Shown here: piece after piece, positions 11,964 to 21,866 of the stretch
How the letters are laid out: every line of letters starts with the position of its first letter
Numbering within the stretch: the stretch's first letter is position 1
Source: Callorhinchus milii
Taxonomy: Eukaryota
Assembly: GCF_018977255.1 (NCBI RefSeq)
Contig: NW_024704742.1
Location: 16,494,001-16,558,000 of the forward strand
Direction of reading: 5' to 3'
DNA length: 64,000 nucleotides
The notes under the pieces: generated by a model
Seen by the model: the letters and a program-made list of their open reading frames with translations, nothing else
Databases searched by the model: none
Told to the model about the DNA's origin: nothing
Made by a program: the position numbers and the translations under genes

Positions 11964-14900
11964 ACTGCTCTTTAAATGAGTCCAGTATTCCTGCCTCAAA
12001 TATCCTTCCTGTATTGATGGGATCAATCTTGGTTTGCATGTTTATCTTGGTTCAACTGCCCTAAATATACATAACTCAAGACAATTTGGTTATTTTCGGA
12101 TTCTGCGCAAAAAAGACTTTACACATGTGTAGATATATGCTTTTGGAACTTTGAAGAAAATTTAATTATTTTTGCAAATCCTTTCATGTGCAAAGTGAAG
12201 TGAAATTATCATAAAAGATTTAATGGGATAATTTAACAGCTTCGTGAGAGGAGTTATTTATTTATTTTTGACAGTTTTTTGTTGCATTGAATGGACACAA
12301 TGATCTTTTCCAATACATGTAAATTTATTTATATGAGTCACAAAGAGGTAGAGAATAGTTTGCTCCCATTACTGTAATGCAGTATTTAATAAATGTCACT
12401 CACCTCAGGGATGCCTCCAATCAACATTAAGCACATTTCTAAGGTTAAAACTGCAAATGTATTAAATTCAAATGCAAGTGCTATCATAATTATTATCACA
12501 ATTAATAATATGTACGCAATAAAATCAGACTCAGGATATTTTATTATACAAATCATACCATATGCGTTTTGGAAACCAAGAGTTCCCAAGATAACTGATT
12601 ATTATTTTAGTTGTGAATCAATACAGTTAAAGTCACATGCATATACTGAACCTGAGAGCTGCTTTGAATGTCTGAAAGGACACTGTTACGACAGCTCTGC
12701 AAAGGAAACTAACCAAATGATGAATGCTTCACTAGCCTTGTATATAAACAATGCAATGCAGCAATACTCTTTCAATCTGGTTGTCAAATGATCTGTAAAT
12801 TAAGAAATCAAACTTTAATAGACATATGACTGGAAAAGAGATTATCATAGAAGCTTTAATGTATTTTTTTACACTATTAGCTGCAGGCGTCTCTTAGTTG
12901 AATGCACAGCTGGTGTTAAAACCTGACGAGAATTTCAAAGCACATATACTGCGACCTAGCTTTTACTTCCTAGAGAAGCCTTTGAAGACCTATCTCCAGA
13001 AATTATTTCTTTAACCAGGTCCTTGTTATAGTATTTTAGAGATCCAAGCATTTTGATGTTTAATAACCAGATTACAATGATTAGCAGTATGACATGCATA
13101 ACAAAAGATTTAGCAATGGGGTTTTGATACAGATTGCATTGACCCAGTGTGATTTACAGGTTAGGAAGAAAAAGAGAAAGCAGTGAATTAAAGAGACTGT
13201 ATCAGGCTTATTATAGTGACAGCAGAGTGTAATGCAAAACATCATAAGGCTATGAATATGGTTCAATACGGCATCAGTTTATCAAAACTGACAAATGAGA
13301 AAGAAAAGCATCTGCAGCAACTATGGTAAGATTGACTATTTGAAATTGTAATACAATCACTTCTTATGTTTCTCTCAGCTCGCCTTTATGTTTGGACATG
13401 TCAATCAGTTATGACAATCTATGAGCCAACAAGCAAAATAATTATGTCAGGATGTAATTCTTCATAGGATTATTACTGTACATTATCATAATCATAAATG
13501 GTTCTTTGAAAGATCAGAATTCTGGGTTCTCCATGTCCTTATTAACATATTGTTAATATACAAAACTTAATGGATGCTCATTAGTTTTGTTAGAAATGAT
13601 GAGCAAATTAATGCCCAAAACATTCTTTTTTACAGTTTATATCAAATCAACAAAGTGTCAAATATGTTAAAGATTCAAATCCTTTTTCCTAAATCAAAGG
13701 AAGTAGGATATTGCTTTACTGTCTGGTTTAACAGTTCATCAATCGACTAAATTGTAATGTAATCCCTTGGCACTCCACAGGAAAAATCTCCATAATGCAA
13801 TCCTTCCTTGAGGCTTGTGTGCAAAATATGTTCTTCAGGTGAATACTGTCCTGAACTTGTTGTGATTAATAACACAAAATAAGACAAAACAGAAGCTAGA
13901 ATTTTTAAAAAATCTGGAAGGAGCACTGATTTTCTATATTTTGCCCCTTTGGTCCATTTTTTTATCTGATTGTAAAGATTAGGAGAGGACCATTTATCTA
14001 ATTTATATGTCTAATATAATATCTGTGTCAGGCATTGCCAGACCAGATATATCACAGCCTAAATGCAGAATACAAATTCCATCTCTTTACTTCAACAGCA
14101 TATGATTCTTAACCAGAACTCGCACGAAAGTGGTTACCACATATCTTTTCCCACACGAGACATGCTCCAGGCCTCTCTAAGTGAGTTTTCCAATTTATAA
14201 CGAAAAAAATAATTTTCTGCAGGATCCTCTACAGTTCAGAGTGATATGTTTCTCTCATGATTTTTTGTACTTTTGTGTTTCGTTGCTATTATTTAGGTCA
14301 AATATTTTAATTCCTATTTTGCTGTTATGCCTTGCTAATGACATCAGAAAAAAACAATTATATCCAATTTGACTTTCTTCATCCAAACCAACCTTGTCAC
14401 CTTATTGATATTGTGATGGAAGAGGGTAGCTTGTGATATGATAAGGTTGCTGGTTAAACTCCAGCAGGACTCCAACCTATACTCTTGGGTCCTTAAACGT
14501 AGGCTCAAGCCTAACTGAACCTAATACTTTCCAGATTTAGGAAAGCAGGGTATATCCCTCCAGGGAGAGACTTCAAACACAGGGAAACTTTCATGTATAG
14601 GTGACATAAATATGATGAGTGGTTGCCATATGTGACAGGCATCTGGTAGATGGTATAGTGGGTATTCTTGAAGGATGAGATCAAATAGGCCAAAGAGTAT
14701 TTTTCATCTGAACTAATCTTGTGATTTTCTTAATTAATAAAGTAGAAGCACTAAAAATGTGAAACACTATTAGAAGCCCAGCTTTATTGAAATGTTTTAT
14801 TCAAATAATATGCAGTATAACCCTTTTAAACCTCCACTTCTAAAGTCCAAATTTCCGCATGGGCAATTTCTTGGCTTCTGCACTGATCTAATGATTTCCT

Positions 14901-15789
14901 TCGCTTACAGTAACAAACAGCAGCACCATTCTCACTGACTGTTAACTTGAGTAAATGAATAACACATTCACTACATGTATTATTATTACTATTATTATGT
15001 AACAAAATAAAAAATACAAGGTGCACTAAAAGTGCTGGACTGTACTTGTACTGTTAGATCTCTCTGCTCAGGTGATGTTTATATATCACTTGAAACCTGT
15101 AATTCAACAAGTAAAATACATTTCTAATGACAGACTGCAGAATAAATTCTGCCTCAATATACTAGTAATGCAGCTTTGATATAGCTGAAGGTATTTGTCA
15201 AAATATTTGTACCATCTCTCTCCCTTGCTGGCACACATGAAGAATTGCTACTATCTTCAAATGACCTTTAACTGATGTGGCACATCAAATTGGATTACCA
15301 CACGTAACTCAGTTCCTTTACTTTCAGAGCCCAGCTGAACCCTTGGAACACATTACATATCAGCTTCTCATCAGCAATGGATGGATGTTATATATGCAGT
15401 GCTGTTTATATATTGGAAGTAATTGCTTGGATCTGCTAAAGGCCAGGACATTGGACTCATTTAAAAAGAAGTTTAATGCAGTGATGAGGGGAGAGTAAGG
15501 GCTTACTGAGCTCTGGACATAGGCATATCCCCACCTAAATGTTTAACAAGAGAACCATGCTTAAGAGTATCCAAACCAAGATGAGATGTCCATGCATCCC
15601 ACCTGCACATAAAATCTCAGAGATCCCAAATTGCCCGCAGGAAGCCAAATTGTGAAAAATTCCTCCACAAACGGTGGTCACTGGGTATCAAGAGCAAAAC
15701 GGGATTCAGAATTGAGAGAAGGGAAGGAAGCAAATGGTCTTTATCAGGGAAGCTGATCAAAATGGAACTCTTGTTCCTCATATATAGTG

Positions 15790-16790
15790 ATGACCTGGAT
15801 AATGCAGACCCAGTGTAACATAGTTCCATTTGCAGATCACATCAAGTTGGAGAGAAGGGACTGTGGAATCAGAGGAGGCAGCAATGGCCCGACAAAGAGA
15901 GGGAATGCGCATGGACTGATTACTGGTAAATTAAGTTTAATACTGATAAAGGCATGGTACTTCATGCATGATCCAAGATAGAAAATACAAGTACTCCATA
16001 GATGGATTCAACTTGCCAAGGGATAAGTTGAAAGAGATTGTTGACTCATTCCACACTATGTCAAAACAGTGGAAGGCAGCTATAGATAAGACAAGTACAA
16101 TGCTAGACTATCTTGCTAAATCAGTTAAGTTTAGATCCCCAGACATCAGTCTCAGGCTGTAGAGTGCTCTGGTCAGACCGCATATTGAATCCTGCAAACA
16201 GTTCTGGTCACCGTAGGAGGCTGTCCAACCCCTAAAAGTGGTGCAGAGGGGAACAACAAAGTTGATCCCCAGTGATCCCTATCATACCAGTTCTTGCCAA
16301 GCTCCAGGCTCTCTATCGCCAAACAGATTGATTACAAAATCCTCACACTCATTTTTAAATCCCTTTAAGCCCTGGCACCTCCCTAGTTCTCCGACCTGCT
16401 TACCCTCCAACCACTACTGCTGCCTCCGTTCGACTGGCTCCAGCCTTCTACATACCCCTCATAGCCTGTGTTGCACCATCAGTGGCCGCACTTTCAGCCA
16501 CTACGCTCCAAAATGCTGGAGCACTCTTCCTCTGTCCCTCCGTCTTGCCCCTTCCTTCCTTATTTTCAGGTCATGCCTGAAAACCTTCCTCTTTAACCGT
16601 GCCGATGGTCCTCTCCCCTCCCCCCAGTTTGCCGTTGTGCTCCGCCACTGGCAAGCACTCTAGGATACTACCCTGCGTGATGGGTGCTTTATAAATGCAA
16701 ATTGTTGTTGTTGTGTTAGAGGAATGAACTATGAGCAATGACTAGACAAGTTAGGGCTCTTCAATCTTTAGAAAAGATGTTGCTATTAAG
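15790..16790 (+). mobile_element. Degenerate CR1 ORF2 fragment, interrupted by an L2 at 16276-16715
   Basis: TTTGCAGAT (FAD-like), CTGTAGAGTGCTCTGGTCAGACCGCATATTGAA (LVRPH-like), GTTGATCCCCAGTG | TTAGAGGAATGAACTATGAG. Confidence 0.75.
16276..16715 (+). mobile_element. L2-clade LINE 3' end
   Basis: Translation includes ISGRTFSHYAPKCW...FRSCLKTFLF; ends TTTATAAATGCAAA(TTG)n. Confidence 0.88.
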
Positions 16791-17789
16791 AGGGTGTTAT
16801 TAAGAGCACACCCTGCCATTGAGAGCACTATCTGGCAAACTATTACACTCATGGTCTAGCTAGGAAGACACCCTACCCATCAGGGCTTTGGCTTGCAAGG
16901 TTAATATTGATAGAACTTGGCCCTTCCAAGTCCTATCGATGAGCCAGATTGCCTGTGAGGTCATCAGCAGTGCCCTGGAGTATTCCATACCCCCCTGGCT
17001 GAAGAACTGGACTACCACGATTGCCAAAGTGGGTGGGCTCGATTCAGATATTCCATTGCCAAACCTCCTCCTGCTGCTGCTTAACCGAAGTTACAAAGTT
17101 CTCTTCCCTCTTCCCGCCCAGCAGAGAAGTAGAGGTGGTACTGCCTCCCTCCCATTGTCCTTCCCGTTGGATGGGAACGGGACCTATTAGTGGTGGCTTA
17201 GTGGTTGACAGCCTGCAGCCCCTTACCCACTCCTCCCATCCACCAGCGACTCCAGCTGTCAATCAATTGTGATTTCACTCCTCCTATTCCCTCCCTCCCT
17301 TCTTCTTGCCTATTCCTCCAACCCCTCACTCATTGATAGCCCAACTCCCGTTGCTTGTGAATGGCTGCAATCAATCAATCAATCTTAGACGCCACCTATC
17401 TTCATCCTGGAGCTGCTCATGGCTGAATGGAGCCACTTGACACACAGAAGCCTTTGTGAGTACATTCAGCAGCGATCAACTTGCCATTTTGACCGGATCT
17501 GCCCAAAGTGGATTCCCCTGTATATGATGTTTCTTTAAGTACCAATTGGTGAAATAGTCATTAATGATTAATGAACCGTTTATGAAAATTTCTTTAAACA
17601 TGAAAGATGAATCATGATTTCGCATTGACTCTGGTCGAATGATTTCCAATTTATTCCCCCCAAATAAAAAAAATGGTTATTTTCTTCATGTCTGTTTGTG
17701 TGGTTAGTTTGAAGCACTTTTTGACATCTAGAAGACACAAATAGTCACTATATCAAATGCAAGGGTTATTATTATATTATTATGTCAGT

Positions 17790-18035
17790 AAGTCAGTGAC
17801 TAGAGTGCATCAATTTAAGATGCTTAAGAGAATTTTTTCACACGCTGATTGTAGTAACAATATGGAATTCTCTGCCAGGAATGGTGGTTGATTCAGAATC
17901 TATACTGACTTTCAAAAGGAAACAAGATAAATACTTTAAAAGGAACATGGAAATGAGAAGATTGCTCTTAAAAGAGGCATCCAAAGATATGATGGGCCAA
18001 ATGGCCTTCTTCTGTGCCATAAATTTATATGGTTC
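17790..18035 (+). mobile_element. CR1 3' fragment
   Basis: ACTAGAGTGCATCAATTTAAG...TGGAATTCTCTGCC...GATGGGCCAAATGGCCTTCTTCTGTGCCATAAATTTATATGGTTCTATG. Confidence 0.75.
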
Positions 18036-18659
18036 TATGGGAAATTGCTGTGTGAAAATTGTTTGCCAAGTTTGCCAATGAAATAGACGTCACTGCACTC
18101 TATAGCATATTCTATGAAGCACTTTGAGACATCCTCCTGAAGTGAAGGATTATTATTAGTTTATTTGTTTATTTTCCAAATTTTTAATGAATAGTATTAT
18201 TCATATCATTTTAGCACCACAGATTTATTTGTTTAGTTATTCATCACAGACTCTCACTTGTCGTTTTACTTTGTCTGAAAACAGACTTTTTTCATCCCCT
18301 CAAAGGTGACTGATGATGACTTTGTTCATAATGCAACATCTAGTCAGAGTGCTCATGACTATCTTCCTAATGGATGGTCTGACTACGTCGTTTATTTAAG
18401 TGCTAACAGACATGCAGGAGTACTATTGTGGAGCTGAGCATAGGCAGGTTGACTGAAGAGAAAGACAACTAGGTCACATCTTTGAATCAAACTGCTTCTC
18501 CTGAGTTACATCGTCCTCTACTCTCAGAATCCATTATTGCTACGCATTAGATTTAAAAAACTGCAGACAGCTTTATTGTTGAGCATGATAAGTAGGTTTC
18601 TATTTAAGGAATGCTCTGCTAAGTAGTGTGAGGCACAGCTGATATTTACATTGCATCTT

Positions 18660-18950
18660 TATGTTTCAGAAAAGTAATCTAAATGCAAACAGTTTAATTT
18701 GAGGAACACCAAAGAAGTTGGACAAGTGGCCACAAGTTCAGGGAAGGTTGTGAAGAAAAACTGCAAGACAGACATCAGGACACACAGAGGCTAATAAATA
18801 ATTGAAACGTGTTATCAGGAAGGGTGGTACATAGAGGACAGGACCATGGACTCATTTAAGAAACAGCTGTATGCTGTGATAGGAGGTCAGTAGGGTAAGT
18901 ATTCTGGATTGATGAAGGATTTTCTTCATCCAAACGGTTGAGATTTTCTG
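18660..18950 (+). mobile_element. Old CR1 3' fragment
   Basis: GGACAAGTGGCCACAAGTTCAGG...GGACTCATTTAAGAAACAGCTGTATGCTGTGAT...TTCTTCATCCAAAC. Confidence 0.6.
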
Positions 18951-19474
18951 GTAAGATTTAATGAAATATAATTTTTACATGTTTTGCTTTCCTGTTGCTT
19001 TGTCAAAGACGTTAGACAACCTCTGACAACGTCATTTGTGGGGAGGGAGGAGATAGATGGTGGGGTGGTGGGGAGGGTGTAGATGGATATGCTTAAGTTT
19101 TACCTTGTTTTTTCAAATATTGGATTACCAGTTCACCTTGAGGGACCAACAGTGGTCACTTGTGCATGGCAGTACCATCTAAATAGCATTGTTGATGGGA
19201 ACATTTTGATTATGTTTCAGGAAGCCTTTCACTGCTCTTCTGTTTACTGCTTAGTTAAGTTTCTAACACATTGGTAATAAATAGTACCATGCATTGATCC
19301 ATGCATCCATTTGATCCATGCATTGTATAAATGGGATGTTATATCCTTTATTATAACGCTTAGGGAAATCTTCCTTCCTGTCCATGGAGCATTGGCCTGT
19401 TGGTAGGTTTGTTTATAATTTATAAGATGAACTGTGGAGATGGCAGAGGTGACAGCATTCAATCAATGCCTCTC

Positions 19475-19745
19475 AACAACAACTTGCATTTATGCAGAGA
19501 CCTTCACACGTTTTGGAGGGCTGAAAAATAATGCAATTTGATGCTGAGTTAGCGAGAAAGGGGAGGTGACTCTGGGCATGGTCAAAATGATTGGAATGCA
19601 ACTGACTGCGGAGCCTAGCTGGGGCTGGGGGGAGCTGAGGAGAAAGGTAGGTGTATCTGTGGTTGGGGAGGGGGGGGAGAATGTAGCTGAAAGCACCACT
19701 GTAGAAATAGGTCGAAGAGATAAGGCGGAGTTTGACAGTGGGGAG
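19475..19745 (-). mobile_element. L2-like 3' fragment
   Basis: CAACAACAACTTGCATTTATGCAG tail; AATGTAGCTGAAAGCACCACT (FSY-like motif). Confidence 0.55.
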
Positions 19746-19774
19746 GGATTAATTCCTCCTTAAGTGCTCTGAAA

Positions 19775-20240
19775 CCTTTCAGTCCATTTGATCTTATCCT
19801 TCCAGTCCAGCAACCTTATGATCAACTGTTTGCAATGAGCTAAATTAGTCAATTTTCCTGCCCCAACCACTCTTTCTAACAAACCATTATAGGTGTAATC
19901 ATTCTCTGGATAAATAATTACTTCCTGGTGTTTGCTTTAAACTTGTCCTGTATTATCCTATATATAATAATAATTATTATTATTATCGCATTTGATATTG
20001 TGCCTTATCATGTCTTCAAGACATCTCAAAGCGCTTCACAGAATATACTGTAAAACTGTATATTTTGTGGACGATTTGTGTCCTTTTCTCCTGATGGCTT
20101 GGTGTATCTAAAAGTATTGTGCGGCGTTTACTTTCTCTATTCCATTTAGCATCTAATATATCTCCAACAGGTCCCCTCTGAAACATTTCATATCAAGGCT
20201 GAATGGCTTTAGATTACCCAGCCATTCCTCACAGTTTATC
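19775..20240 (-). mobile_element. Degenerate CR1 3' fragment containing a SINE-tail insertion (~19965-20070)
   Basis: AAACCTTTCAGTCCATTTGATC...; CTCCAACAGGTCCCCTCTGAAAC (RGDL-like); SINE tail GCATTTGATAT...AAGCGCTTCACAGAATATACTGTAAA. Confidence 0.5.
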
Positions 20241-21765
20241 ATTCATTTATCTTCAGATTTTTCAGATTTGAAAGAAAACTCAGAACTGGCTCATGTATAA
20301 AAGAGGCTATAAGCTGTGTGGTAAATCCCATTTTGACAGATGCAGAGGATAAATGAAACCAAGAACCAGAGAGGAATTACTGAACACATTTTAACATTGC
20401 TCAGAAAGTGCTTCTGAAGTATTGATGGCTTTTCAAGTGCACAACATGGCATATGACCTTCGAAGGTCTGCTGTTCTTCATGGCTCATTGTGCAGTGCGC
20501 AGCATTAACATCTGAAATTAAACGATGATTGATCTGTACGCAGCTCACATAACAGTCCCCGCACACACCCCAAGGGTCTCCTCCCACCTATGAGGGAGAG
20601 CAAGTTGGTACACAGCTCATCCAAAATGCTGTTAAAATTTCTTCTCCAGCTCAGACTACCAGCTATTGTTACATGTTTACGAAAACCACTTGTGCTTAAA
20701 AAGGAAGAATGTTCCAAAGCACTTCAAGGAAGTGAGTCAGTTCTGTGAAACATTTTAAGAAATCTGAAAGGCACTGTATGGATGCAAATTGCTATTGTTG
20801 TTGATAGGGAACACCAATTGGAAAGGAGGTGTAGAAGAATTTAAGACAAAGTCATGTTAGACCTTGTTGATCAGATCTATCAAATAACTCTTACTCCACA
20901 ATTTTGCTGACTGGAAAAGACTTGAGACAGCACCACCTCTAGATGAAGGTGGTTGGGAATTTTTTTTTCAAATGGTGCTGACAACTTTGATTACAATGCA
21001 ACACTAAAGCTTGATTAGCCAATTACAAGAACCTCATGAGGGCTTTTGTCGATCAAACTGATTCTATTAGTGTTTGGAATTAGTCTGACAAATCCTGTGC
21101 GTTGGCAGATATTGAACACACAGAGTAGGGAGGGGATGAGAAGGCTATCAGAAGACAGCAAAAAAAATGAATGTCTGCAAACAAGGATTTTCACCCTGTC
21201 AGAACTTATTTCAAAAAATGAATCCAGACTATGGAGAAAAGTGGATTTTTGGAATTTAATACTCTAAGAACATTGGAACAGAAGGAGGCCATTCAGTTCA
21301 TTGAGCATTACAATACTACCCTATCCAAGATTGCTTCAATTCATCATCAAAGCTCCTCCATGGCCTTTAACAAGACCATAAAGAGTTTCATTTAAAGTTA
21401 AAGGTTGTTGTTCCAAAGGCTTTTTGAGGCCAATTTTGCAGCTGTAAAAATGCAGCGGTAAAACGATCACTGCTACTAACGTATGTCCTTCTGCCCCATC
21501 ATCACTGTTGTCGCACATCAGGAAGTTTAGGGTTTAGAACATCACATGGGATTAATAGCTGTGTTCAATGACATAAACAATTTCTTGCACTTTATTCCTA
21601 TCTTGTCTGTTTGACAAAACAATCTCTACACTCAGCAGTAATTGCTATAAAGTACTTTGAGAGATATTTTGCCATGGTAAGGTACGACAAAAATGCAAGT
21701 TATTTTCCCTTAGTTATTTATGTAATTATTTATTTCTCTCCTTTGTTTCTTTGTTTATTTGTTTA

Positions 21766-21866
21766 TTTCCTTCCTTCCTTCCTTCCTTCCTTCCTTCCTC
21801 CTTCCTTTCTTCCTTCCTTCCTTCCTTCCTTCTCTCTCTCTCTCTCTCTGTCTTTTTCTCTCTGTC
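21766..21866. repeat. Compound microsatellite (CCTT)n-(CT)n
   Basis: Directly visible. Confidence 0.95.

Larger units (their letters stand above)
10550..12020 (-). mobile_element. Old CR1 3' fragment interrupted by an L2 (flanks ~10550-10641 and ~11964-12020)
   Basis: GAATGAAGAAGGCCCTTTCGCCCATCTG...CCTCCCATTAGAGCATCA joins CTGCTCTTTAAATGAGTCCAG, as in the contiguous copy at 48780-48900. Confidence 0.6.

Noticed and set aside
12393..12791. 132-aa ORF in non-repeat DNA
   Set aside because: AT-rich, no recognisable motif, alternative start. Likely a chance ORF.
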